This document shows positions 1 to 13,214 of a stretch of DNA of 64,000 bases, piece by piece (within the stretch, counting starts at the first letter, position 1; each line of letters opens with the position of its first letter). Source of the stretch: Octopus sinensis. Taxonomy: Eukaryota. The stretch is from assembly GCF_006345805.1 (NCBI RefSeq), contig NC_043001.1:38440001-38504000 (forward strand), in the 5' to 3' direction. Under the pieces are notes generated by a model. That model was not told the origin of the DNA. It did no database searches and saw nothing but the letters and a program-made list of their open reading frames with translations. Both the position numbers and the translations under genes were made by a program.

Positions 1-42
1 TGTATGAAATCTCACCTGTTTGACATCTTACCGGTTTAAAAT

Positions 43-112
43 TTTACTTGAAGATGGTGAATTATATGTTATGGTGTAGTCTGTAAAATTCTACCGAAAT
101 AGCTGTCGTAAA
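43..112 (+). ncRNA. Degenerate type-I hammerhead ribozyme motif (Penelope pLTR-like)
   Basis: TTTAC-(T)TGAAGA-TGGT..ACC-GAAA-T-AGCT-G-TC-GTAAA. Stem I TTTAC/GTAAA and palindromic AGCT loop III are present; the core C3 is changed to T. Confidence 0.5.
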
Positions 113-420
113 TTTTAAACGATATTTGTGTTCTCCTTTTATTTATTTATTTATTTATTTATTATTTATTTATTTATTTATTTATTTATTCATCTATGTA
201 TATAATACTTTTAAAAGAAGAGCCGTGACAGCGAATCCTAAGTTTCGACCTACTAATTTTCACCGGACTGGTTAACAACCCGAAACTTCGAAGTCACTGT
301 CACCATTCTTCTTGTAAAAGCATAAAAAAATATGTACCCCACAAAAGGTATTGAGTAATCATTCAGTTTAAATGTAAAACTTTTATTATAATTCGACCTA
401 AAAAAACGAACACACTCACT

Positions 421-470
421 CATTATTATTATTATCATTATTATTATCATCATCATCATTATTATTATTA

Positions 471-509
<39 letters not shown>

Positions 510-550
510 CATTATTATTATTATTATTATTATCATCATCATCATCATCA

Positions 551-626
<76 letters not shown>

Positions 627-649
627 TATTATTATCATCATCATTATCA

Positions 650-710
<61 letters not shown>
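421..710. repeat. (ATT)n/(ATC)n microsatellite
   Basis: Direct inspection; explains the poly-N/poly-I ORFs. Confidence 0.98.
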
Positions 711-713
<3 letters not shown>

Positions 714-912
714 GACGGCGAGTTGAGAGAATCGTTAGCACGCCGGGCGAAATGCTTATCGATATTTCGTCTGCAGCTACGTTCTGAGTCCAAATTCCGC
801 TTTTCATCATTTCGGGATCGATAACTTAAGTACCAGTCAAGTACTGAGGTCGATGGGATCGACTATCCCCCTCCTCACAAAAGCCCAAGCCTTGTGCTTA
901 TAGTAGGAAAGA
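711..912 (+). mobile_element. tRNA-derived SINE, family A (Octopus OK/OR-like)
   Basis: Head GGCGAG..GAATCGTTAGC, B-box-like GAGTCCAAATTCC, ATT tail; homologous to the copy at 31511-31742. Confidence 0.8.
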
Positions 913-920
913 TTATTATT

Positions 921-2016
921 ATTGCCTCCGCCTTCGATAAGGTGGAGGTATTGTTTTTAGTTTTGTTTGTTTGTTTGTCTGTGGACAAGCTATCTCAAGA
1001 ACTGCTGGATGGATTCGGATGAAACTTTCAGGGATGTTTGGCCTCGTGACTGGCACGAACTGATTAGATTTTGAGATCGATTCGGTACCGGACAAGGATT
1101 ATGGATTATTTGTTATATTTACTTTACATGAGGTATTACGATCTTACGTTGACTTTCAAGTCTTTCTCTGATTATCTCCCTTATATCATATATCATACAT
1201 ACACATTAACACTTTACCGTATACTTACTTATATATATAATTCTATGCACCGATCTAAAACAACAGGAATACTAAAGGAAGGCCTACTCTCTACAGGCCA
1301 CCGTCTTTGACTACAGCAAAATTCATTTCCAAGTTACATATCCTCATGCAATCCATACCAAGAGATGTCCTAACTGTTAACATTGGGGATTTTAACATTG
1401 ATTTCATTAACTCCCCTCATCACCAAATCTTGATCATCATAGAGGAACATGGCTTTACCCAGCATGTGCGGATACCCACTACAGACTATGCTACTTTGTT
1501 GGACCACGTGTATGTCAACAGAACAGAGTGTGTATTAGCAGATGTTATAGATACATATTTTCCGACCACGATACAGTATGCATTTCATTATAATTATAAT
1601 TTTTATGTTCAGTTATGTTTCCCTCCCGAAGTTCTTGTTGCATTTCAACCAGTGTTTCCAAAACTTTTACGTAGTAACTCCCCAAGGCTTATCGACATGT
1701 GTGCACTCAAGCCATGCAGATATTTTCATTACCCAGACGACACACACACAGCATTACAAACACAGCACGCACACCTACCTTCACATTCCATGACTACCAT
1801 TAGGATCAATCAGGTACAGGACAAGGATCTGGATTATTTTTCCGTTTTTTTTTTTACTTAATTTTTGAGAGCAGTCGGGTTCATTTTTAGTATTCTCGTT
1901 TGTGAGAGCAATCGAGTTTATTTCAGACATTTTCATTTAAAAATCATCTCCGGCTAATCGTTGAGAGGATGTTGGTGTTCCTTGGCGAAGGTTTGCGCTC
2001 TCTGAGTGCTCTTGTT
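921..2016 (+). mobile_element. Non-autonomous Helentron (HINE-like) carrying an endonuclease fragment
   Basis: 5' CCTCCGCC..GGTGGAGG hairpin, (TTTG/TCTG)n tract, 3' CTTGGCGAAGGTTTGCGCTCTCTGAGTGCTCTTGTT end typical of HINEs. Confidence 0.65.
1289..1593 (+). pseudogene. C-terminal half of an APE/EEP endonuclease (Helentron-type)
   Basis: LYRPP..IGDFNIDF..TTDYATLLDHVYVN..DTYF, then a frameshift to SDHDTVCISL*. Confidence 0.75.
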
Positions 2017-2046
2017 GTTGTTGTTGTTGTTGTTATTGTTATTATT

Positions 2047-2365
2047 ATGGCCCAGTGGTTAGGGCAGCGGACTCGCGGTCGTAGGATTGCGGTTTCGATT
2101 CCCAGACCGGGCGTTGTGGTGGTGATCCCTGCTGTACTCTTTCGCCACAACTTTCTCTCACTCTTACTTCCTGTTTCTGTTGTACCTGTATTTCAAGGGG
2201 CCGGCCTTGTCGCTCTCTGTGTCACGCTGAATATCCCCGAGAACTACGGTAAGGGTGCACGTGTCTGTGGAGCGCTCAGCCACTTACACGTTAATTTCAC
2301 GAGCAGGCTGTTCCGTTGATCGGATCAACCGGAACCCTCGTCGTCGTAACCGACGGAGTGCTTCC
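2047..2365 (+). mobile_element. tRNA-derived SINE, family B (internally deleted)
   Basis: A box TGGCCCAGTGG, B box GGTTTCGATTCCC; a second head lies at ~49912-49975. Confidence 0.8.
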
Positions 2366-2431
2366 TTCCTATTATTATTATTATCATTATGAGCGCGCCG
2401 GGCAAAATGCTTAGCGCATTTCGTTCGTCTT

Positions 2432-2582
2432 TTATCCTCCTCCTCCTCCTCCTCCTTCTTCTTCTTCTTCTTCTTCTTCTTCTTCTTCTTCTTCTTCTTC
2501 TTCTTCTTCTTCTTCTTCTTCTTCTTCTTCTTCTTCTTCTTCTTCTTCTTCTTCTTCTTCTTCTTCTTCTTCTTCTTCTTTT
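2432..2582. repeat. (CCT)n/(CTT)n microsatellite
   Basis: Direct inspection. Confidence 0.98.
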
Positions 2583-2771
2583 AAATAGTTTGGTTGTGTA
2601 TTTAGCCTCATGTGTATTTGTATATAAGGAGTGAAGGAGACGAAGTCAGCTGTGACTTAAGAACATCACAATTAGTGCGACGTTCTCTGTATTTCAAGTG
2701 GTAGATTTAAATGAAAACAGCATTAGCAAACATAGTAGTCGTAGTATTAGTGATGGTCAGAGAGAAAAAAA

Positions 2772-2779
<8 letters not shown>

Positions 2780-2846
<67 letters not shown>

Positions 2847-2848
2847 AG
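2780..2848. repeat. (GA)n microsatellite
   Basis: Direct inspection. Confidence 0.97.
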
Positions 2849-3741
2849 AATTTCACGTAACGTAGCGTGGCATATTTAGTCTGACCAATCAAACAAAATT
2901 GTGTGTTATTAGTGTGAGATGATTTCCTACTCTGACGCGAGATCAACCTTGTTGAGAGAAAAAGACACCGACTCAAGTATATTATTGGCACTAGTTTTAT
3001 TGATTATGGATAAACGAAATACAAAATCTACCCCAGAGAGGTTTAATCGCAGAACTAAGAGAAACGAAGCTAAATATTACAGTATTCTCCCTATGAAGAT
3101 TTGTATTGATTTATTGCTTAGTAGCTTGAAACTTAGTGTAAGAGGTAAATTGCTGACATGTCAAGATCGCGAATCTAGATCAATGCAGGCTCACATCACC
3201 TACACCATTAATGTTTTTCGAAGAGAAACACGAAGGATAGAATCTTGAATTTTTGATATGTATCAACATGCAAGCTTATTGTGAATCGTCAAAATGAACT
3301 TCCAATGATTTTAGTTCAAGCATTTGGTTATTGGCTAATTGTCAAATTAAAGGAATGTGTGATCATCTACTTTGCTTTTCTTTCATAGGAATTTAGTCTT
3401 TTTTACCTTTTTTTTTTCACCGTTCACATCTTAGCGGTTAATATATTTTCGACAAGCTAGAAAAGAAAGACTCAAAAGACTCTAGTCGTCTATCAGCTTG
3501 CTAGAAATAGCATCTGGGTTTCCTTAAACTCGTATCATACATTATTAAAGAAAGAGAGAACACATTAAACAACGTAGTCTAAGATATAGCCTTGAAGAAC
3601 CAAGGGGCTCACGGATGGAATGTATTTTTATTATAGATCCGCCCAAATAAGATTGACTTAGGGTTAAATACAACACAGCCAGCAACAAGAACTGCTACAA
3701 CAGCAACAACTACGACAACCATTATATATTTTGCTGTAGTT

Positions 3742-3743
<2 letters not shown>

Positions 3744-3828
<85 letters not shown>

Positions 3829-3855
3829 ATAATAATAATAATAATAATAATAATG
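3744..3855. repeat. (ACT)n/(AAT)n microsatellite
   Basis: Direct inspection. Confidence 0.97.
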
Positions 3856-3944
3856 ACAGCAACAGCAATAATAATTTAACTTGAAAAATACCATAAACTT
3901 GTAACAAGGGAGTATAGTGAATTGACTCAAGCTCAGTACATTCT

Positions 3945-4591
3945 TGATACTATTTTAAAACCAGCACAACAGTGTATCGAGGCAGCCAACAAAGCTAGAA
4001 AGAATCTTTTCCTCATCCGCCGGTGCTTTGTCAACCTTTCAATGGATGTCTTTCGGCCTTTATACGTCACTCTAGTTCGACCCACTCTCGAATATTGCAT
4101 CCAGGCCTAAAACCCATATCTCCAGAAAGACATTCAGCACCTGGAACAGGTTCAGCACTTAGCCACTAGAATGGTTGAGGGCTTGGCTAAGCTTACCTAT
4201 GAGGAACGTCTCCAACGGCTGGCATTACCTTCACTCGAACAACGGACAATGCGGGAAGATCTCATCCTGGCTTTCAACATCTTCATCGGGAATGTAAACC
4301 TACCATTTGCGGAGTTTTTCACCCCTGCTCTGGATAGAGGTCTTCGTGGGCATGATCGTAAACTCTATCCCCAACACTTTCGACTCAACAGGCGGAAGGT
4401 CGCATTCTCCGTCCGTATCGTAGCCCCGTGGAACAAGCTATCACAAGATGTCATTCAACTGCCTACCACTCAAAGAGGCTCTGGACAACTGTGGCGACTA
4501 TGTATATAACCGTATATTACAACAACTGGTTTTCTTTTTTACATTATGCTCTTCTCCTGCCAATAAATTTGATTTGATTTGATTTGATTTG
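3945..4591 (+). mobile_element. CR1-clade LINE 3' end
   Basis: LYVTLVRPTLEYCIQA*..LEQVQ..TRMV..YEERLQRLALPSLE..RGH..FSVRIVAPWNKL, followed by AATAAA and a (TTTGA)n tail. Confidence 0.9.
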
Positions 4592-4802
4592 AAAGAAGAC
4601 TCTCCTAGGGAATGAATGTGACATCAAGCATTTAGTTTAGTTTTCCACCTTATGTAAGCATTTAACTTAGTGTTTCACCACCCTGTAGAACATTTCTGAT
4701 AATTCTTCACATAGACTTTGCGAAGTTTATTAAGACACTCCCAACTGGTGACCGAAGCCAAGTCTTTGACTCGTTTCTATAATTAAATGTAACATATATA
4801 TA

Positions 4803-4849
<47 letters not shown>

Positions 4850-5804
4850 AATAGTTATTACGGGGGCTTGCAGACTGAACTTTTAGCCAGGAAAATGAGA
4901 GATGATGTCATTCAAGCTTTTCAGAAAGGAATTTGAGATGTTAATGAAGTGAAATAGTTTTGACTCGCTAGCAAATCGAAATCACTTCACCTGCCTCGAG
5001 AAATAATAACAATTTTCCAGTCAAATAAACTACTGTGCGCAAAAAATGCCTATGTGTTTTTGAAATGAAGAACAGAAATTTTGGTGCATAAACTTTCCCC
5101 ACAGGAATTTGTAGATAAGTAACTGGAGATCGAAACCGTGTCGAAGAACCGACTCGCCAGAAACTTACCTCTACATAACAGCGATTGCCTTCAGTAATTA
5201 TAATGGTATTAACTCATTATAACGATTTCATAGTAACCATGTTTACTAATGTCAGCATGTAAAATGAGTTTATTGCATTTATTCTCTGAAAATGGAACTC
5301 TCGATTTACACAGCGAGCAAGAGCGAAATAATCACAAAGCATTATCTGACACTGCAATGGAAAAAATTCTTTTTGAATGTAACATAGACATTATTTCTGT
5401 AGCTAGCTGAAGGGACATGTAAATTTACTACATACACACGCATACCAAATACACTTCAAATAAATACACACATAAACACATCTGTATTCAGAGATACGCA
5501 TTTTTATATCATATACTTCATGAAAAGCATACGAAGATTCACACACTGAGCATAGATAACACTATATAAATACACATGCGTAGAAACAATTTATATATAT
5601 TTCAGAAAAAAAAAAAAGAAAAAAAAAACGGATCCCCGTTTCACATCCAATCTAAACGAAATTATTTTCCATTATTGGCCGTTTGGCTTTATTACTACAG
5701 AACTTCGCACTTAACAAAATTAAGGTGACATGAAATGCTTACGAGGTTTTACTCTTGCCAGAAGTTATTAGATTGTATTTATCAAGAAACATTCCAACGA
5801 AATT

Positions 5805-5964
5805 GCACACACACAGACACACACACACACACCCACGCACACACTCGCGCGCGCACACACACGCACACACATACGCACGCGTGCACACACACCTAAACGC
5901 ACACACATACATACATGTATATATACAACCGTATAAATAATATATATTTATAATATAGATACAA

Positions 5965-5997
<33 letters not shown>

Positions 5998-6310
5998 CAT
6001 ACATACATACATACAAACATATATATATATATATATATAGAGAGAGGAGAGAGAGAGGCAGAGGCAGAGAGAGAGTGAGAGTGAGAGAGAGAGAGAGTGA
6101 GATAACCATGTGGTCAAGTGTTTCAAGTTTTCGTTTCACAATCGTATGATCCTTGATTTGATCACACACGCACGCACACACACGCGCACTCGCACGCGCG
6201 TATAGACAGACAGGCAGACAGACACACACACACACATGCACGCATTCACTCTCTCTCTCTCTCTCTCTCTCTCACTCTTTCTTTTTCTCTCTCTCATACA
6301 CGCATACACA
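5805..6310. repeat. Compound (CA)/(TA)/(GA)/(CT) microsatellite cluster
   Basis: Direct inspection. Confidence 0.95.
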
Positions 6311-6976
6311 CATGTATGTAAACACTTGGGTGTGGGCAAGAAGGAGAAAGGAGATTACTCCATTCTGCAAGTAGAAATATTTAGTATATTTACTGGGAGC
6401 TGAAATCACACAAATCTTCCTTGCTTCAATGATTGTAATCGTACGAAGATCGGTAACAGGAAATAAAACGCGGCACTTTTAAAATCAGTGTCCAATAAGT
6501 ACACATACAAGTTATCTATCGGTCTGCCTGTCTGCACATCTGCCCGTATATACTAGTATAAATCTAATTCATCTTCTCATCTCAACCATGTGCATTATTT
6601 TTTTTATCAAAATAACCCCGCAGCGAATGCAATTTGATCAAGATATTTACTAGTATATACGGGCAAACGCATGTATATGGTCGTGCGACTATGCTGTTCG
6701 TACGGATATGTATAAATATTTGTGTGTATATGCTTTGGCATTCTGTACTGAAGATAACAAAGTCTTTTCATAAGCGCTAAGTTTGAAATCGTTCGATACG
6801 CAATTGATCTAAAGGTCTTATTTATTCTTTTCATCTGCCCGATTACAACCAGCGTTAATGGAGTAGTGAGGTTTTTAGAGCCATTTAGCATCTATCTCTA
6901 GCGTGTAGATGTGGTAAATCCGCACCCTTCAATATAATTATCTACATAATTATAAATTTAGTATACATACATACAC

Positions 6977-7010
<34 letters not shown>

Positions 7011-7014
7011 TCTA

Positions 7015-7090
<76 letters not shown>

Positions 7091-7188
7091 TATAAAATAT
7101 TATTCGAGACAAAACCACTATTTTGCAAAACAAACGAGGAAAGACTTAATCAATACATAAATTTTTAATAATAGTCAAAAAAAAACCG

Positions 7189-7234
7189 CCACTACAATCG
7201 TTTCCTCCTGTCTTGATCGACAATCTTCAGGTGG
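7189..7234 (-). ncRNA. Degenerate type-I hammerhead motif in a Penelope pLTR-like fragment
   Basis: Reverse complement CCAC-CTGAAGA-TTGTC GATCAA GACAG-GAG-GAAAC-GATT-GTA-GTGG. Stem I CCAC/GTGG; stem II junction is irregular. Confidence 0.5.
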
Positions 7235-7316
7235 ACTTCCAATAATTCAGTGTCAAAAAATCGATTTAATCCTAAATCTGATTTTTTCCCTGTAAATTTG
7301 ATTTATTCCCTAATAT

Positions 7317-7359
<43 letters not shown>

Positions 7360-7705
7360 ATATATAACTCTGTGGAGAGGTATAGATGATTTCTATGGTT
7401 GGAGCTAGCTCGCCCTACCAACATATATCTTCCCGAAACGGCCGTTAGACTTTGCACTTATTCATGATTTCACTTAATCGCAAGTACAATTATGTATTTA
7501 TATATTAGTGTATTTATAAACTTTTTATATATTTATATATTTATGAATTTTTATATAGTTATATAATTATAAATTCTTAGGAATTTTTACTATATCTTGT
7601 GTATATGAATGCACCTATGTATAAAGTGGAGAATTCCGACAATTTGAAATGGATTGAGTGAATACGAACACTGATCTTTGAAATTTGTTCTCTTTTTCTT
7701 AATTT

Positions 7706-7746
<41 letters not shown>

Positions 7747-8289
7747 ACACATGTATGTATGCATGCATGTATGTATGTATGATGTATGTATGTATATATG
7801 TATACACAAGGTTCGACAGGAGAGGTAGAAAGAAGGGGAAATAATAAAGTATTGTTGATCTCAAAACAATGTAGGCGTGCGTGTGTGTGGATAGGGGCTT
7901 GTGACTTTGGCGTGTGGATGTGTGTGTGTGTGTGTAATGTGTGGGTGTGTGGATGATGGTGTGTGGGTGTGTGGATGATGGTGTGTGGGTGTGTAGATGA
8001 TGGTGTGTGGATGTTGGGAAGTGGTCAGTGCTAGTGTGTGTGGAGTGGTGTGGGGTGGTGTGATGTGGTGTGGTAGAGTGGTGGTATCAGGGTGGGGATG
8101 TGGATGGGGATGTGAGTTGGGGATATGGATGTGGGAGTGTGTTGGCATGGGGGTAGGGTGGTGTATGTGAGAGTGGAGTGTGGCTGGAGGGGGTATCAGT
8201 GAAAAGAGAAAGTGGTTAGGATTATAGAGAGGAAGTAGGTGTCAGATGAAGAGAGGAGGGGAGTTGAGCCCATGTGACGCAAAGGAGCG

Positions 8290-9141
8290 AAGATAGAAGA
8301 TTAATCTCTGTTCAGGGCGAAGGCGGGAGTCCGGATAGCCCCTGTGCAAAGACAATCCGAACACAGACAGGTGTTATAGTGAATGACCGGTAGAGAGGAA
8401 ATGGCACGAGACGGGGTGTCTTTGTCGAGTCTGATGTCATGGAGGTGCTCCGCGAACCGGTCAGCCAAGCAGCATCCCGTTTGACCGATGTAAAGAGAAG
8501 AGCAGGAGATGCAGAAAATGACGTTGCTAGAAGAGAAGGTAAAGGAGTCGGGTGATATGATAGGGACGATAATGTGAGAATGGTGGTGTTGGAGAGGTAG
8601 GAGCAAGTGCGGCATCGTGGGTGGGATCAGGAGAATGAGCCAAGTTTGGAGGTGGGGTTATGGAAGAAACTGTGGACCAGGAGGTCACGCAGGTTGTGAG
8701 CTTGTTTGAAGGAGGGAAGGGGTAGGTTGGGGAAGAGGTGGGAGATGGAGAGGTCGGACTGGAGTCGCCGGAAGGCTCGGAGAATAGTTCGTTGGAGGGG
8801 CAGGTGGAGGGGTGGTAGGTGAGAGGAAACGGGAGACGGTAAACGGCAGGGCGGGTGCGGGGAGAGAGAGAAAGAGAGAGCAGAGGCATGGTCCAGGGAA
8901 GTGCTGTAGCAAGGGTTGTGTGAATAGTGACGAGGGGATATCCACGAAGGATGAAGTGGCGATACATGAGTTGAGACTGAGTCTCAAAGTCATGGTTGTC
9001 ACAGTAGAGCCTGCGCAGGCGGTGGAATATTGGGAGTAGGGGACGGAGAGCTTGGTTTTGGTAGGATGGGAGGAGGAGAAGTTAGGGTATGAGTGTGAGT
9101 TGGTATGCTTGTAGTGGATGGATGTAGAGAGAGCAGAGTGG
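8290..9141 (-). mobile_element. Penelope-like element: RT thumb plus GIY-YIG endonuclease, decayed
   Basis: TSIHYKHTNSHSY..SSSHP..YSQ; RGYP; NVIFCISCSSLYIGQTG..LADRFAEH. Confidence 0.88.
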
Positions 9142-9165
9142 TACACACACACACACACACACACA

Positions 9166-9227
<62 letters not shown>

Positions 9228-9629
9228 GAGTGGATTTTGTTTGTGTAACAATTGAATCCTAGAGGAATCCGTGATGTTTCCGGTAAATGAGATCATATAA
9301 GTTAGTTTCCTCTATCATATATCTCTATGCGAATTGTTTTATATAATGTATGTTGAAATATATTGTATGTATATCGTTTGGAATGTTGAAATTATTAATT
9401 CTATATGGAGAAGATTATGAAACAGTTGTAATCATATGGAAATAATATTAATAAACAAATAATAAATCTGTATTCATCTATCATACATCTTTAGTAATGA
9501 TTATTATCTATTCTTCGTGGAAACATTTTCTGATTGCATGTCCTAGATTCTCGGTTGCATGAACATCGTTAAACTACATAGTAATCTAATTTCTATGTAA
9601 AATGATAGCCGATTCCTTTCGAGTGTGCA

Positions 9630-9710
<81 letters not shown>

Positions 9711-9874
9711 CTCACAATGGACGGACGCTAGTCATATCGGCTCCACGTAAGTTGGCCACTTTTACATGTTTAAAACTCCTTGTTGTCAAATATTTTGTTT
9801 TAATCGTTGTGCAAGTTCATTCACTAAAAAACCTGAGAATTATTCACGTAGAATTCCGCCCCTGTATGGGCGAA

Positions 9875-9974
9875 NNNNNNNNNNNNNNNNNNNNNNNNNN
9901 NNNNNNNNNNNNNNNNNNNNNNNNNNNNNNNNNNNNNNNNNNNNNNNNNNNNNNNNNNNNNNNNNNNNNNNNNN
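9875..9974. other. Assembly gap (100 N)
   Basis: Run of N. Confidence 1.
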
Positions 9975-12687
9975 AAATGCCAAAACCTTCGCAGGTGATG
10001 AATGTACCCCACAACATAGACTAAGTAGTAGCGACTTCAGGATTAGGGCTAAATGGATGCCCAGAAGATGACCAGCATGGAGGAGAAGGGTCTGGAAGCT
10101 TAAAGATCCTGTGAATGGACAGATTTTTAGAGACGTATTACTGGAAGCCTTTGACAAAATAAAAGGGGATATAGCTTCACATGATGTAGAAGACAACTGG
10201 ATGTTTCTACAGAACAACCTGCTGAGGGCCACTGACCAAATCTGTGGATAGTGCGAAGTGTCCTCTCAACTCAAAATAATGTGGTCGAACAATGTCATTA
10301 ACAGGGCTATTAGAGAAAAGAAACAGGCTTGGAAGGATTGGAAGAACGCTGGTAGCAGGGAATTGTATCAGACTGCCAGAAGGGAAGCTTGGAGATAGGT
10401 TTATATAGCCAGAGGGGAAGCAGATAAGAAACAATTTGCCAATGTTCTGCACCGTGAGGACCAAAGACATGAGGTATTTCGTGTTGCAAGACAGTGTGTG
10501 AGAGAGAATCGTGATGTCATAGGCGAGAAATGTGTCCGTATGGATGATGGTTCACTTTTCACTAAACCAGGCTGCAAAGAGAGAGGTTTGGAGACACCAC
10601 TATGAAAGAGAATGAATGGGAGAAGGAAAGTCTGCCAAATGTCAACCCAACAGAGGAACCAGCTATCCAAGTCGACAGTACCTTGGTAGATAAAGCAATT
10701 AAGAGTATGAAGACAGGGAAAGCCCCTGGCTCATCAGGAATCCCCGCAGAGATGCTCAAAATATCTGGCAGTGTTGGCTATAGCCTAGTCACCCATATAG
10801 TTAACCAGGTGATACACGAAGGAGTCATACCCAATGACTGGTGTAGCAGCACCATAGTCAACTGCTACAAAGGTAAAGGTGATGCTTTAGATACAAATAA
10901 TTACAGAGGTATCAAGTTGTTGGATCAGGTAATGAAGGTAACGGAGAGGGTCATAACACAAGAAATTAGGGAGAGTGTCTGTTTAGATCAGATGCAGTTT
11001 GGGTTTGTTCCAGGGAAAAGCACCACTGATGCTATATTTCTGGTAAGATAGCTGCAAGAGAAATACCTAGCCAAAGATAAACCTCTGTACCTGGCTTTCA
11101 TTGACATGAAGAAAGCCTTTGACAGGGTCCCCCGATCCCTTATCTGGTGGTCAATGTGGAAACTAGGGATAGAGGAATGTTTAGTGAGAGCTGTACAAGC
11201 CATGCACAGGGAAGATGTCAGTAAGCTGAGAGTTGGCAATGAGTACACTGAGAGTTGGCAATGATACACTGAAGAATTCGGGTAGAGGATTTGCCCACCA
11301 CGGTTCAGTCCTCAGCCCCTCCGATTTATCACAGTCCTCCAGGTAATAACAGAGGAATTCAAGCTCCTCTATGCTGACGACCTTGCTCTAATTGTTCAGT
11401 CACTATCAGAACTAGAGGAGAAATTTCAGGTGTAGAAGCAAGGATTAGAATCGAAGGGCCTTAGAGCCAACTAGGCTAAAACCAAAGTCCTAATAAGTAG
11501 GAAGGCAGACAAACCACAAATCCCTTCAGGTAGATGGCCCTCCTCGATCTGTAGAAAAGGTGTAGGTAGAAACTCTATAAGAGGTGCAGTAATATCAAAG
11601 GAAGGCTAACTGGGAAAATAGTTTTTGTATGTGGCAGATGCTCAGGAGCAATAAACACTGAAAATGTGCAGAGAACAACTTCTGCCACATTCCAGGGAGC
11701 AAAACTAGAAGTAGTTGATAGCTTCCATTACTTAGGTGACCAAGTCAGTAGCAGGGGTGGGTGCACTGAAAGTGTAGCTGCTAGAATAAGAATAGCCTAG
11801 GCAAAATTCAGATAGCTCTTACCTCTGCTGGTGACAAAGGGCTTCTCGCTCAGAGTAAACAGTAGACTGTATGACGCATGTGTATGAACAGCCATACTAC
11901 ATGGCAGTGATACATGGGCTGTGACTGCTGTGAGGACATGTGTAAGCTTGCAATGAATAAAGCCAGTATGCTCCGCTGGATGTGTAATGTCATTGTGCAT
12001 ACTTGACGGAGTGTAAGTACCTTGAGAAAAAAGTTGGACCTAAGGAGCATCAGATGTGATGTGCAAAAGAGACAACTGCACTGGTATAGTCATGAGGCGA
12101 GAATGGATGAGGATAGCTGTGTGAAAAAGTTCCACACCCAAGCAGTTGAGGGAACCTGTGGAAGAGGTAGACCCAGAAAGACCTGGGATGAAGTGGTGAA
12201 GCATGACCTTTGAACATTAGGCCTCACCGAGGCAATGACTAGTGACTTAAACCATTGGAAATATGCTGTTCTTGAGAAGTCCTGGCAAGCCAAGTGAGAC
12301 CATAACCCTTGGCCCATGCCAGGGGTGTAACCAGCCCACTTATGCATACCTTTCCTTCATTGGACATTAAACTCTGCTTGCGAAGACCTGTTGAGGCAAG
12401 TGAAATCAAAATCGAAATCAAATTCGATGATTGGCATCTGTGCTAGTGGGGCGCTAAGAGCACCATCTGTACATGATCATTGCCTGAGCAACTGACTGGC
12501 TTGTGTGCCAGTGGCATGTAAAAGCACCCACTATACTCTTGGAGTGGTTGGCATTAGGAAGAGCATCCAGCTGTAGAAACTCTGCCAGATCAGATTGGAG
12601 CCTTGTGCAGCCATTTGGTTCACCAGTCCTCAGTCAAATCGTCCAACCAATGCTAGCATAGAAAGCGGGTGTTAGACAATGATGATG

Positions 12688-12689
<2 letters not shown>
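9975..12689 (+). mobile_element. RTE-clade LINE, decayed, 5' end lost in the gap
   Basis: KAPGSSGIPAEM..YRGIKLL..QFGFVPGKSTTDAIF..KAFDRV..LYADD..GRPRKTWDEVV; 3' tail ending in (GAT)n; many stops. Confidence 0.93.
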
Positions 12690-12719
<30 letters not shown>

Positions 12720-12723
<4 letters not shown>

Positions 12724-13200
12724 GAGATTCAGTGGAATTAGGTACTTAAGTTGAAGCACCAAGTCAGTCCGGTATTATCTGCACTCCTTGAAGTAAGGTG
12801 AATAAAATCAAAATAAGGAATAGGATATCAAGTAGTGATGCAGTACAACCATTTCAAGTGGCTCCATTTAATTGAACAATGCAATCATTACATCAGTTTA
12901 AATGCAGTGTCATCATCAGCTGCACAAATAAATAGAATTTTAACCAGTTGGACATATTAAAATAATTTTTCCAAAATACTTTAACAGAGCATGAAGATGG
13001 AAGAAATTCATGTTGTCACTATTGTAGCTAAGAATAGATTACACTTCCAAGAATGGCATGAAGCTCACTGGAGTCATAGTTTGTAAAGGATGACAGCACT
13101 GTTGAAGACACCCATTGCAACATCGAAGGAGCCTTCTGAGTCAGTTCTTCTGTGAGTCAAGCTAATTTCTTATGCACATCCTCATGCTGTTCATTTTTAT
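12720..13200 (+). mobile_element. Possible Tc1/mariner 5' remnant
   Basis: ATGAAGATGGAAGAAATTCATGTTGTC resembles a mariner N-terminus (MxxEEIRVV); heavily decayed. Confidence 0.35.
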
Positions 13201-13214
13201 TCATTTATTTGAAT

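Noticed and set aside
253-810. 185-aa poly-Asn ORF and similar poly-L, V, IY, CV and HT ORFs
   Set aside because: Translations of microsatellites; no coding signal.
2860-3248. CCAAT-like boxes and a 109-aa ORF as a possible promoter or first exon
   Set aside because: No recognisable domain or splice support; short motifs are expected by chance.
9716-9765. Possible + strand exon ending CCAC|GTAAGT
   Set aside because: No acceptor or partner exon; next to a microsatellite and the gap.
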